DNA from: a bacterium
GTDB lineage: Bacteria > Patescibacteriota > Saccharimonadia > Saccharimonadales > Saccharimonadaceae
Length of the DNA stretch: 64,000 nucleotides
NCBI GenBank assembly: GCA_030429445.1
Contig: JAUIFG010000003.1
Span: 9,099-73,098 of the forward strand
Direction of reading: 5' to 3'
Below the pieces are notes generated by a model. That model was not told the DNA's origin. It did no database searches and was given only the letters and a program-made list of their open reading frames with translations. The translations under genes and the position numbers were made by a program. Within the stretch, counting starts at the first letter, position 1. Each line of letters starts with the position of its first letter. This document shows, piece by piece, positions 16,123 to 25,166 of the stretch.

Positions 16123-16883
16123 AATAAACTCATCTGACCTGACATGCGTAAATCAACATAGAAGGTTGCACCGTCACGATGACGTACAATTCCCACGACA
16201 CTATCCATCATCTCCGCCAGACGCTGAGCCGTCAGTAAGCCAACTCCACTCGCCTGCGGGCGATTACTCAGTGGAGCCAGTGCTCGACGCGAGACTCTCC
16301 CTTCAAGTCGTTTCCACATATCAATTGGCACAGCTGGCCCATAATCACGTACACCAATCCGTACACGATCACCATGTCCGCTAATTGCCATTTGAACTGG
16401 ATGTTCATCCGAACCATAATGCAGTGCGTTGTCTCCAAATGCCAGTAGTATTCGTTGCAAAATAGTACGATTCGCCACCATCAATGGCGTGCGTGTTCGT
16501 GACTGTAACGTGATTTTACGATCATAAGCCGAAAACATTGGCGTCAATTCATGAATAACTTCCTTGCAAACACTGAGTGGGTTAACCGGTTCGAGCGCAA
16601 ATACCTGCTGGTCGGTTGTTGTCATACTCAAACTCGATGCCATGCCTAATGCCCGCTCGCTTGTCAAAGCCAACCTCTCGCCGAGCAGTTTACGTTCGTC
16701 ATCACTAATGCCATCAGCGCCAACAGCTAGGCCTAATTGTCGCATCAAAACAAGAGGCGAAGTCAGCTCACTCGCCGCCGCAATAGACAAAATCGAGCCA
16801 TCAAAGAGATGGCCCATACTACCCTCACCGTGTTGATTTCCCTCCACGCTCATCACTGCTTCTAGTTTATCACGCACGCACAT
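16119..16883 (-). CDS. Soluble histidine-kinase-like protein (HATPase_c) with an atypical H-box
   Basis: N-box FGDNALHYG, G1 VRDYGPAV, G2 QASGVGLL. The DHp-like segment IAAASELTSPLVLMRQL has no His where SHELRTPL is expected. No TM segment. The start is uncertain. Confidence 0.55.
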   Translation of the reverse strand: MCVRDKLEAVMSVEGNQHGEGSMGHLFDGSILSIAAASELTSPLVLMRQLGLAVGADGISDDERKLLGERLALTSERALGMASSLSMTTTDQQVFALEPVNPLSVCKEVIHELTPMFSAYDRKITLQSRTRTPLMVANRTILQRILLAFGDNALHYGSDEHPVQMAISGHGDRVRIGVRDYGPAVPIDMWKRLEGRVSRRALAPLSNRPQASGVGLLTAQRLAEMMDSVVGIVRHRDGATFYVDLRMSGQMSLL

Positions 16884-16945
16884 GCAAAACTGCTGTAAAA
16901 AAGAGCAACATCCCCTGTAGTGCTAACGGTTTTTGAAGGCTTTCA

Positions 16946-17611
16946 CTAGTCGTTGTAATCGAGAGTAGATACTATCGTCTGAAAATCAGTCTTGAACGCA
17001 TCCGCATCTGTACGTACTGTTATTGTCTTGTCTCGACAGCGATAAATAACAGCATCACCACGAATATTCTTGCTGAAGTCTCCGGTGAGACGAACACCTT
17101 CATGACCTTGCGATGATGACGAACTCTGTTTTAGATCACCCTTTTTCACTAAATTATCGTAGCGTTGCAATACATCATCAAAATCACGCTGTTCAATGGT
17201 TACACGAAGCGCAAATTGCTGTGAGTTGCTAATCGGTGGCACATAGCCAGGGTTCAAATATGCCTCAAAATCACCTCCATTTGTAACCCGCTCGGACCAG
17301 TGCTCACTCCACGTCTTTGGATAATCAAATCGAACACCGCAATAATCATCGGGAGCTTTGAAGTTCTTCGCGGGCTGCTTTTCTCGTTCGGCAAATTTTT
17401 CTTCATCGATTTCAGCCTGTTCCTGTTTTGCTTCAATGGAAGCCACTCGTAATTTACTCTCTAGATCACTATTCGCTTCACTGTATGCAACATATGCCCA
17501 GATACTAAAAATACCTAGCCCCAGCACTAATACACTTAGTCCAATGACAGCTATCAACAGTCCTGAAATAACACCGCGTTCATTATGATGCGCATCTTTC
17601 ATACCGCTCAT
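16946..17611 (-). CDS. Membrane-anchored hypothetical protein
   Basis: N-terminal TM helix (ISGLLIAVIGLSVLVLGLGIFSIWAYV), a short coiled coil, then a globular C-terminal domain. No family recognised. Confidence 0.5.
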   Translation of the reverse strand: MSGMKDAHHNERGVISGLLIAVIGLSVLVLGLGIFSIWAYVAYSEANSDLESKLRVASIEAKQEQAEIDEEKFAEREKQPAKNFKAPDDYCGVRFDYPKTWSEHWSERVTNGGDFEAYLNPGYVPPISNSQQFALRVTIEQRDFDDVLQRYDNLVKKGDLKQSSSSSQGHEGVRLTGDFSKNIRGDAVIYRCRDKTITVRTDADAFKTDFQTIVSTLDYND

Positions 17612-17650
17612 TATACTTGTGCTTACCCACCCTGTAAAGACAAAAGGGGG

Positions 17651-18160
17651 TTAATTTTGTGGCTTAATTTTATATAGATAAAAACTTTTGTCATGCTTTT
17701 CATATTTGATGCCAGGAACCTTAAACCCGAAGCTCATAAAATATACGTTCTTTTTATACCGGTTAGCAGTCTGTTGGACTTTTTTGTACATTTTTTTGAT
17801 ATCACGCGAGTCACCAAATGTGTATACGATCGTCGTCTCGGAGGGCAAAGTTATCAGCCAAAAATCAGCAAAATGAACAGATACTAATGGGTTGCGCGAT
17901 AACAGTTTAGTGATTACAACTAATAAGGGGTTGAGCTCGTAGCCAATTGCTCGTGCACCTTGTCGTGCTGCAGCGCGCAAAATCATACCATCACCACTGC
18001 CAATATCGACCAATACATCATCTTTACTGAGTGGATACAGATCTTTAAATGCCTCGTCAATTAATTTTCTTCGAGTTGGAACATAGGGCGCTCCACGCAC
18101 AACCACAAATCCAAAAAGTACAATAATTCCCGCAACAAGCCAAAGCCAAAACCAAATCAT
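17651..18160 (-). CDS. Class I SAM-dependent methyltransferase with N-terminal membrane helix
   Basis: Motif I VLVDIGSGDGMILRAAARQGARAIGYELNP. Overlaps xseB by 4 nt. Confidence 0.65.
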   Translation of the reverse strand: MIWFWLWLVAGIIVLFGFVVVRGAPYVPTRRKLIDEAFKDLYPLSKDDVLVDIGSGDGMILRAAARQGARAIGYELNPLLVVITKLLSRNPLVSVHFADFWLITLPSETTIVYTFGDSRDIKKMYKKVQQTANRYKKNVYFMSFGFKVPGIKYEKHDKSFYLYKIKPQN

Positions 18161-18372
18161 GTATCACTTTTGTTAGCGAATGACTGCTTTACTTCTTTGA
18201 TATCATTCTCAACTGCACTCAAATCTTTTTCTATGTCTTTCGCTAATTTTGTCGCTTCTTTCAGTCTTGCGGTCGCCTGTTCGAGCTGAAACTCATCACC
18301 ATCGAACCATGCAACTATCTGATCAAGTTGATCGATCTTTTCCTGAACCGTTACTTTACTATTTTTGGTCAT
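18157..18372 (-). CDS. xseB: Exodeoxyribonuclease VII small subunit
   Basis: 71 aa, helical. KIDQLDQIVAWFDGDEFQLEQATARLKEATKLAKDIE is typical of XseB. It lies immediately downstream of xseA. Confidence 0.8.
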   Translation of the reverse strand: MTKNSKVTVQEKIDQLDQIVAWFDGDEFQLEQATARLKEATKLAKDIEKDLSAVENDIKEVKQSFANKSDT

Positions 18373-19447
18373 ATTGTTTTACCTCTGCTTTTATTATAGC
18401 CTGCGCTGTTTCAATTTCGATACTCCGCCCCACCTTCATTGTGCCGCGTACTAATGCATATCCACGCTCAAGCGCTCGTGCTGGATCAAATTCTGCTAAC
18501 AAACGCTTCGTTTGCTCCAGTTGTTGTTGATATTGTTCTAATCGCCGCCCAGCCACGTCTAATGCTCCTTCAACCTCACCTCTGACTTGCTGGCGAAGCC
18601 CGTCAAGTGCAGCAAGGGCTTGAGGAACTAGCGATTGGACTTGTACTCGTGAATGCCGAATAATATCATGCCGGTTTGGCACTAATATTTGTGCCGCATT
18701 GCTAGGAGTTGCCGCTCGTACATCAGCTACTAGATCACACAGTGACGTATCAACCTCATGGCCAATGCCGGTGAGCGTCGGAATGCGACTGGCAGCAAAC
18801 GCTCGAACCAATTGTTCGTCATTGAACGCGCTCAAATCATCAGCACTACCACCACCCCTAATGACAACGATGACATCCGCCAATTCTTTCTGAGTATTAA
18901 AATAATCCAGTGCTCGAATGATTTGATCTGGCGCGTCAGTACCCTGCACCGTAACCGCAGCAACATCAACTCGCAAACCGCCCCATCGATCATTCAGTAT
19001 CTTGATGAAATCAGCGTATCCTGCAGCCTGCGGGCTACTGATAACTGCAATACGACGTGGAATTGTCGGCAATACACGTTTACGCTCTGGCGCGAACAAG
19101 CCTTCTTTGTCCAATTTTTCCTTGAGTAGCTCAAAGCTCTTTTTAATACTCCCCTCACCACTTGGACGAATGGACTTAACCGTCAAGCTAAATTTACCCC
19201 ACTTTGTCAGCTTTGGACTTGCCGTTACAACCACTTTCATGCCATCTTCCACTGGAACGCGAAGTTGAAATAGCATCATGAAACAATTCACACTGGCATC
19301 TTCGTCCTTCAAATCAAAAAAAACAAACTTGCCCTGATTGACTTTGAAACTAGCAACTTCACCCTCAACCTCAATTAATGGATACGCATACTCGAATGTC
19401 TGGTTGACGATAGCTACAAAGTCGCTAACGCGGAATTTCGGGGACAT
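18359..19447 (-). CDS. xseA: Exodeoxyribonuclease VII large subunit
   Basis: N-terminal OB fold (FRVSDFVAIVNQTFEYAYPLIEVEGEVASFKVNQGKFVFFDLKD), the catalytic region (VIRGGGSADDLSAFNDE...PTLTGIGHEVD) and a C-terminal coiled coil. Start moved to MSPKFRV (ATG 19447). Confidence 0.85.
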   Translation of the reverse strand: MSPKFRVSDFVAIVNQTFEYAYPLIEVEGEVASFKVNQGKFVFFDLKDEDASVNCFMMLFQLRVPVEDGMKVVVTASPKLTKWGKFSLTVKSIRPSGEGSIKKSFELLKEKLDKEGLFAPERKRVLPTIPRRIAVISSPQAAGYADFIKILNDRWGGLRVDVAAVTVQGTDAPDQIIRALDYFNTQKELADVIVVIRGGGSADDLSAFNDEQLVRAFAASRIPTLTGIGHEVDTSLCDLVADVRAATPSNAAQILVPNRHDIIRHSRVQVQSLVPQALAALDGLRQQVRGEVEGALDVAGRRLEQYQQQLEQTKRLLAEFDPARALERGYALVRGTMKVGRSIEIETAQAIIKAEVKQYDQK

Positions 19448-20474
19448 TGCCACCCTCTCCATATGTCGATAGTGCATGTTGGTAGAAAATATAACCAAAC
19501 GCAATAGTTCCGAGCAAAATAACAACGCGCGCCAGTACAATTCCCGCAATCGCTACTCCACCCGCAATACCTGCAAATGCCAAAAACGTAACCATCACCG
19601 CCTCGTACGCACCAGCACCACCTGGAGTCAAAACAAAAAAACCAACAAGTGTTGCAACACCATACGCAATTAAAATTGGTGCCGGGTTAAATACTTCACC
19701 AAGTGCCCAAAAAGCAACCATAAACAAGCCTGCGTCACCCAATGTATGCACAATGCCCCATAGCAGTGGCTGTTTGAGTAATTTTTTATCATTTTTTAAC
19801 TCTATAAAATCACGATGCATGTCCCTCAGAAAAGTCTCGGTAGTAGATTCATTGACGAGCTTTCGGCGATGACCGAAGGTCACACGCCGCACCACCAAAT
19901 TCATTGTTCTATATACCCATGACGCAAAGTGATCAATACGCGTCTTGCTACTAAGTAAATAGATACCCGCCAAAACCGTGACAGACATCAAACCAAACAG
20001 CGTTGCGCTTGCTAGAATAATCCAACGGTTTAGTGTACCATCAAGAGTCACCAAAAAAAGTGAGAGCAATAGCAGTGCACCAAAAGCAAAAAAACCCGAT
20101 GCATAACGCACTACCTGTGCCATCGTTGCGCGACCTGGCGGAACATTCAATGAACCCAGTCGCCATGTCAGATAAGAAACGCCACTCACGCCACCACTGG
20201 GCAATACGTGATTCACGAAGTTACCCTCTAGTGCAATACGAACAAGTTCGCGTCTTTTAACTTTGAGGATTTGTCCCTTACCCCGTAAATACGAAAAAAT
20301 CATTTCTCCACCCGCATAGTAAACAAGAACTTGTAGTGGCACCATCAACAGCAAAATCAACAAGTTCACTTGACTCAATAATTCCCATGCTCGTATCAGT
20401 TCGTGACGCGATGCAAACAGGATAATTGCCAACAAGATAATAGTTGTTAGACTTAGCCAGGCTCGAAAAGACAT
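19425..20474 (-). CDS. Flippase-like / UPF0104 (lysylphosphatidylglycerol-synthase TM-region-like) membrane protein
   Basis: 349 aa, about 8 TM helices, N-terminal WLSLTTIILLAIILFASRHELIRAWELL. The family assignment is from overall pattern only. Confidence 0.5.
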   Translation of the reverse strand: MSFRAWLSLTTIILLAIILFASRHELIRAWELLSQVNLLILLLMVPLQVLVYYAGGEMIFSYLRGKGQILKVKRRELVRIALEGNFVNHVLPSGGVSGVSYLTWRLGSLNVPPGRATMAQVVRYASGFFAFGALLLLSLFLVTLDGTLNRWIILASATLFGLMSVTVLAGIYLLSSKTRIDHFASWVYRTMNLVVRRVTFGHRRKLVNESTTETFLRDMHRDFIELKNDKKLLKQPLLWGIVHTLGDAGLFMVAFWALGEVFNPAPILIAYGVATLVGFFVLTPGGAGAYEAVMVTFLAFAGIAGGVAIAGIVLARVVILLGTIAFGYIFYQHALSTYGEGGNVPEIPR

Positions 20475-20485
20475 ACTAACCAGTA

Positions 20486-20491
20486 TATACT
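20486..20491 (+). promoter_or_regulatory. -10 box TATACT, 7 nt upstream of the ATG (putative leaderless transcript)
   Basis: The divergent intergenic region is only 24 bp. TATACT at 20486-20491, ATG at 20499, no SD. Confidence 0.4.
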
Positions 20492-20498
20492 ATAGGAT

Positions 20499-21665
20499 AT
20501 GTACATTGCGATGCTTGGTCGACAACCAGAACTCGGAATTGCCGAACTCGAAAGATTGTACGGCACCGTTCGATGGTTCGCACATGATTCAGCGCTTGTA
20601 GAAAGTGATGTATTTAACGTAGAGCGATTGGGCGGCACAATCAAGGGGGGTGTCGTTGTCCGTGAACTGACTGGCGCCGACTGGCGAAAGACAAGCATGG
20701 AACTAGTGCGCGTCTACCACAAAAAGTGGTCTAATGCGTCTGGTAAACTTACCGTCGGCATCAGTGCCTATGGGTTTACAGTTTCATCCCAGGATGTCCA
20801 GCGCACTGGTCATATTCTCAAGTCAAAACTCAAAGGTAATGGCGTGAGTGTACGCATCGTTCCAAACGAACAACCAGCGCTCAGCAGTGCATCATCCCAT
20901 CACAATAAACTCGGCCTATCAGCAAACAAAGTTGAATTAATGGTTGTACGTGGTCACAACGGCAAAGTTATTATTGCTGAGAGTACGGGCGCTCAAAACA
21001 TTACGGCCCTCGCCCGACGCGACCAAGCTCGACCCGCACGCGATACATTCGTTGGTATGCTACCCCCGAAATTAGCCATGATTATGGTTAATCTAGCACA
21101 TCCTGACGATAGTAGTTCAAAAACAGTGCTCGACCCATTTTGTGGAACAGGGGTTGTCCTGCAAGAAGCTTTGCTATCCGGGCATAACGTGGTTGGCACT
21201 GATGTATCAGACAAGATGATTGCTTATACAACCGAAAACCTCACCTGGCTTTCTGAAAAATACGAACTACGCGGCTCGAAATTTGAGGTGCATCAAGCCG
21301 ATGCAACATCTGCCAACTGGAATAAACCCATTGATAGCGTGGTGGCTGAAGGATACCTCGGACAACCATTCAGCGCTCCGCCCTCTGAAAAAAAATTAGC
21401 CGAAGTACGCCAAACGTGCGACACAATCATTAGTAAGTTCCTCACAAATATCGGTAAACAGATTCAATCGGGCACCCCTCTGTGCATTGCAATACCTGCA
21501 TGGCGCAGTAAAGACGATCGATTCACCCATCTTTATTTGGTGAAAAAACTTGATGAACTAGGATACAAACAAATTGAATTCAAGAATGTTTCCGCTCGTG
21601 ACCTACTGTATCATCGCCCAGATCAGGTTGTCGCCCGAGAACTGTTAGTACTAGAAAAGCTTTAA
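20499..21665 (+). CDS. UPF0020/Trm11-like RNA (guanine-N2?) SAM-dependent methyltransferase
   Basis: MLPPKLAMIMVNLA followed by motif I LDPFCGTGVVLQEALLSGHNVVGTDVS. Confidence 0.55.
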   Translation: MYIAMLGRQPELGIAELERLYGTVRWFAHDSALVESDVFNVERLGGTIKGGVVVRELTGADWRKTSMELVRVYHKKWSNASGKLTVGISAYGFTVSSQDVQRTGHILKSKLKGNGVSVRIVPNEQPALSSASSHHNKLGLSANKVELMVVRGHNGKVIIAESTGAQNITALARRDQARPARDTFVGMLPPKLAMIMVNLAHPDDSSSKTVLDPFCGTGVVLQEALLSGHNVVGTDVSDKMIAYTTENLTWLSEKYELRGSKFEVHQADATSANWNKPIDSVVAEGYLGQPFSAPPSEKKLAEVRQTCDTIISKFLTNIGKQIQSGTPLCIAIPAWRSKDDRFTHLYLVKKLDELGYKQIEFKNVSARDLLYHRPDQVVARELLVLEKL

Positions 21666-21688
21666 ATTTTATATCTGTGTCACAGGGG

Positions 21689-21717
21689 TTGACGAATTAC
21701 TGTTTTTTAGTTACAAT
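21689..21717 (+). promoter_or_regulatory. Sigma-70-type promoter of rpmA (TTGACG - 17 nt - TACAAT)
   Basis: -35 at 21689-21694, 17-nt spacer, -10 at 21712-21717. It is followed by SD AGGAG (21742-21746), 7 nt before GTG 21754. Confidence 0.65.
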
Positions 21718-21753
21718 GATTTAGATTTTGATAACAACGTTAGGAGTTATTCC

Positions 21754-22026
21754 GTGTCACATGTCAAAGCTGGCGGTTCCAGCAAAAACAATCGAAACAG
21801 TCCCGGTCAACGACTTGGCACCAAACGTTTTGGTGGCCAAAGTGTTCGCAATGGTGAAGTTTTGGTACGTCAAACCGGAGCAACCAAACTTGCCGGTCCC
21901 GGTACCTACATGAGCCGAAATTTCACAATTCACGCTGCTCTTGATGGCGTTGTTAGCTTCGTTAAGGTAAAAAAGAGTCGATTTACAGGCAAAACTGTCC
22001 CCAGGACACAAGTCATCGTAAAATAA
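21754..22026 (+). CDS. rpmA: 50S ribosomal protein L27
   Basis: SHVKAGGSSKNNRNSPGQRLGTKRFGGQSV matches the L27 N-terminus. GTG start with a good SD. Confidence 0.9.
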   Translation: MSHVKAGGSSKNNRNSPGQRLGTKRFGGQSVRNGEVLVRQTGATKLAGPGTYMSRNFTIHAALDGVVSFVKVKKSRFTGKTVPRTQVIVK

Positions 22027-22045
22027 TTACCTCTACTCAATAAAA

Positions 22046-22075
22046 ATAACCCTCCGCTACTGGAGGGTTATTTTA
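22046..22075. terminator. Bidirectional rho-independent terminator
   Basis: 10-bp stem ATAACCCTCC / GGAGGGTTAT, flanked by an A-run (5') and a T-run (3'). It lies between convergent rpmA and the response-regulator gene. Confidence 0.8.
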
Positions 22076-22089
22076 TATTCACCAAAAAC

Positions 22090-22641
22090 TTAATCCATTT
22101 CGAGGTGATGTTTGACTCTATCGACAACGTCACCGATCACAACCTGCGATTTAACTAAATAGTCATTAACGCCCAATGACTCCGCCCGTTCTTTGTCCTT
22201 TGATTGGCTAAGTGCTGTTAACATAATAACTTTAATATCAGTTGTTTCAGGCGTATTGCGTAAAATATCCAACACATCAAAGCCACTAATCTTTGGCATC
22301 ATAGCATCAAGTAGTATCAAGTCAGGTTTGAATTCTTTTGCAGCCTGTAGTGCTTGTTCGCCGTCATTCACCTCATAAAGCTCAAACCCTTCGAGCTCTA
22401 ACCGAGATCTGTAGACTGCCGCTAACGCAACGTCATCCTCCACGAGGAGAATTTTTGGCTTTTTCTCGCCTTCATTTGTCGAATTGACCTCTGTTGATGT
22501 AGCAACTGAAGCTGCTGAAGTTGGTTCGTCCGAACTGTCTACGTTTGATGTATCAGTTTCGGAAGATTGCTCCTGAGGATCATGCTGATCTTCTTGAACT
22601 GATTCTTCTGGCCTATCTGTTTGTTCTGGTTCATTTTGCAT
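22090..22641 (-). CDS. Single-domain response regulator (canonical REC) with an acidic low-complexity N-terminal extension
   Basis: KILLVEDD, DLILLDAMMP, VIMLTAL and DYLVKS form an intact CheY-like pocket. The first ~65 aa are E/D/S/T/Q-rich. Confidence 0.8.
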   Translation of the reverse strand: MQNEPEQTDRPEESVQEDQHDPQEQSSETDTSNVDSSDEPTSAASVATSTEVNSTNEGEKKPKILLVEDDVALAAVYRSRLELEGFELYEVNDGEQALQAAKEFKPDLILLDAMMPKISGFDVLDILRNTPETTDIKVIMLTALSQSKDKERAESLGVNDYLVKSQVVIGDVVDRVKHHLEMD

Positions 22642-22673
22642 ATGCTTATACTACTATACAACTGGTCATACGT

Positions 22674-23879
22674 CTACTTTTTTAATATTTCCAATGCCCT
22701 AGCCAACTGCGGATCCCGATCTGCATTGACATCTTCAAACGTCAGCTCTACTTTTTCATCCGGACCAATACCTTTTTCACTAATGTTCTTTCCGTTAGGT
22801 GTATACCACTTCGCAATAGTCACCTTCAGCACTGCACCATTTTGTAGATTGATAAGTTGCTGTACGCTCCCCTTGCCGAATGTCTGCTCGCCAACAAGTG
22901 TCGCGACCTTGTGATCCTGCAGTGCTCCAGCGACAATTTCACTCGCACTCGCACTCGAGCCGTTAATCAATACAGCTGTTGGAACACCTTTTAGAATCGA
23001 GTTGTCGCTCGATCTTAGCTTTTCGGTCACCTTATCACCCGACCTCTCGGTCACAACAACTTTGTTATCCAGCCAAATACCGGCAATATCCTGTGCTACG
23101 GTTAGTAAACCACCGCCATTCCCTCGCAAGTCCAAAACAACCCCCTTAACACCCTGTTTTTTGAATTTTTGGGCAGCTATTCTCGCTTGGCTTGCTGTCG
23201 TTTCATCAAAGCGTCGCATAGTCAAAACACCAATGCCATCAACTAACTCTGTTTCAATACTCGGCGCAGTTATTTCAGCACGTGTTATCGAAAACTCTTT
23301 ACTATCCAAACCACGTAATACTGTTAGCTTTACAGTCGTCCCAATATTGCCACGTATTTTATTAACAACCTCGTCCAAGGTACGTTCTGCCATAAACTCA
23401 TCATTAACAGCGATAATGGTATCACCCGACCTGAGCCCTGATTCATCAGCGGGCGTATCGGGTAACGTTCGAATTATCGTCGGTTTTAAATCGCGACTAC
23501 CTATCTCTGCACCGATACCACCACCGATATTGCCCGTGAGGTCTTTGTTGAACTCTTCAGCTTCTTCCCTATCAAAATATACGGTGTACGGGTCACCCGC
23601 CGCCATGACTAATCCACGACTTGCACCGTCAATCAAAGATTGCTCATTCAACTTGCCGTCAAAATTTCCCTTTAGCTGTCGAAAAGTTGACTGAACCGCC
23701 GTCAGATCAAGAGTACCCGTTTCGACCTTGAACCCCAGAACGGGAGCAACCGCTCCAATAATCTGATCATTCCTCATCCCACCGGCATAGCCAACCACGG
23801 CTGCAAGTGCCAAAACGAGTACAAATGTACTCGGTGTAAAGCTCCATTTTTTGGATTTTTCATCTTTGGTCACTTCCAC
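22674..23879 (-). CDS. Carboxyl-terminal processing (S41) protease with PDZ domain
   Basis: PDZ segment (GLRSGDTIIAVND), the S41 core (VVLDLRGNGGG, NGSSASASEI) and TFGKGSVQ. Confidence 0.85.
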   Translation of the reverse strand: MEVTKDEKSKKWSFTPSTFVLVLALAAVVGYAGGMRNDQIIGAVAPVLGFKVETGTLDLTAVQSTFRQLKGNFDGKLNEQSLIDGASRGLVMAAGDPYTVYFDREEAEEFNKDLTGNIGGGIGAEIGSRDLKPTIIRTLPDTPADESGLRSGDTIIAVNDEFMAERTLDEVVNKIRGNIGTTVKLTVLRGLDSKEFSITRAEITAPSIETELVDGIGVLTMRRFDETTASQARIAAQKFKKQGVKGVVLDLRGNGGGLLTVAQDIAGIWLDNKVVVTERSGDKVTEKLRSSDNSILKGVPTAVLINGSSASASEIVAGALQDHKVATLVGEQTFGKGSVQQLINLQNGAVLKVTIAKWYTPNGKNISEKGIGPDEKVELTFEDVNADRDPQLARALEILKK

Positions 23880-23920
23880 TCATTATACTCGAAATAACCA
23901 AAAGCGTGAACTAAAGAAGT

Positions 23921-25114
23921 CTAGAAATAAATATATGTATCGTAAGTTGATGCATTCACTCGCATTTCGCTGTAGTGACCCCAACCCGAACCACCAGCGT
24001 TGAAATAATTGTACTGACTAACATCAACCGTACCATCGCCATTCACCGCCTCTACCCACACGGCATGTCCATACTCACCAGCCGAAATAATACCAACCGA
24101 GTTAACCTGAGGTACGGCACCAGTAGAATATCCTTCATTTACCGCACTTGACGGCCATTGGTTTGCATTACCCCAGTAATACGGGAAATTACCTGTATGC
24201 TGACCGACCTTCCAGCCGGTATAACTAACACACTGACGGCAACCATACCCGATTGGATCGCTACCATTACCATTGGCGCCTCCGTGCGACCACGCTTGAC
24301 CATCGACTACACAGCCCGCTTCCCAAGGATAACCACCCTTATTGGGATCACCGGGCAAGATATTTACGAGACCGCCAGCCGCTGCCAAAGCAGCCTCGAT
24401 AGCCTTTTGCTGCGCTTTTTGAACCTCTAGTTTTTGTTGTTCACGCTCACTTGCCAAGCGCTTGTATGCGGCCTCCTGGCCCCTAGTTTCATTGATCAAC
24501 GCCAGTCGCTCATTTTCTTTTGCGGCCAACGCGTCTCGAGCAGACTCCTGTTCCGCAATTACCCGTTCAATATCTTTTTGCTGTTGTTCCAGCTCTGCCT
24601 TTATGCGCTTAATCGTGGCAATAGTGAGCACTAAATTGTCACGAATGCTGTTTTGATATGTTTCTTTATCGACATACTCTGCAATACTATGACTACTTGC
24701 CAACATTTCTAGAGGAGTAATATCACCGGACAGATAAAGGTTTGCTATCGTATCACCCAAGACGTTTCGATTATCAACAATCTTCTGTTCATTTTCTGCT
24801 ATCCGCGCCAACAGTCTTTTACGCTCAGCTCCTTTGAGGTTAATCCGTTTTTGAATAAGCTTTTTCTGCGTATTCAATGCATCCACTTCCTTCTGCAGTG
24901 AATCAGCCTTATCATTTAACTTTTTTGCTTCACCTTGCAGACTTTCGATCTGTTTTTCGATTTTTGCAATCTGATCATCAAAATCATCTGCATGCGTCAC
25001 ATTCACAAACTGAAAAGGTACCGTTATAGCAAATAGGATGGTAACCGTGATGATAGCTATTTTTTTCGCGGTTTTTTTTGTGTTTACGACCGATGTGACA
25101 GGCAATCGATTCAT
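23921..25114 (-). CDS. PcsB-like secreted coiled-coil + CHAP-domain peptidoglycan hydrolase (paralogue 1)
   Basis: Signal/anchor sequence, about 230 aa of Q/K/E/A-rich coiled coil, then a C-terminal CHAP domain (CRQCVSYTGW ... GHAVWVEAVNGDGTVDVSQYNY). Confidence 0.75.
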   Translation of the reverse strand: MNRLPVTSVVNTKKTAKKIAIITVTILFAITVPFQFVNVTHADDFDDQIAKIEKQIESLQGEAKKLNDKADSLQKEVDALNTQKKLIQKRINLKGAERKRLLARIAENEQKIVDNRNVLGDTIANLYLSGDITPLEMLASSHSIAEYVDKETYQNSIRDNLVLTIATIKRIKAELEQQQKDIERVIAEQESARDALAAKENERLALINETRGQEAAYKRLASEREQQKLEVQKAQQKAIEAALAAAGGLVNILPGDPNKGGYPWEAGCVVDGQAWSHGGANGNGSDPIGYGCRQCVSYTGWKVGQHTGNFPYYWGNANQWPSSAVNEGYSTGAVPQVNSVGIISAGEYGHAVWVEAVNGDGTVDVSQYNYFNAGGSGWGHYSEMRVNASTYDTYIYF

Positions 25115-25166
25115 GTGACATCATTATAGCATAAGAATTATAAATTGTCTAGATGCAGAAACGATC

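Noticed and set aside
23002-23694. 230-aa plus-strand ORF antisense to the S41 protease gene
   Set aside because: The protease frame carries unmistakable PDZ and S41 motifs. The antisense product is Ser/Pro/Leu-rich with no recognisable features.
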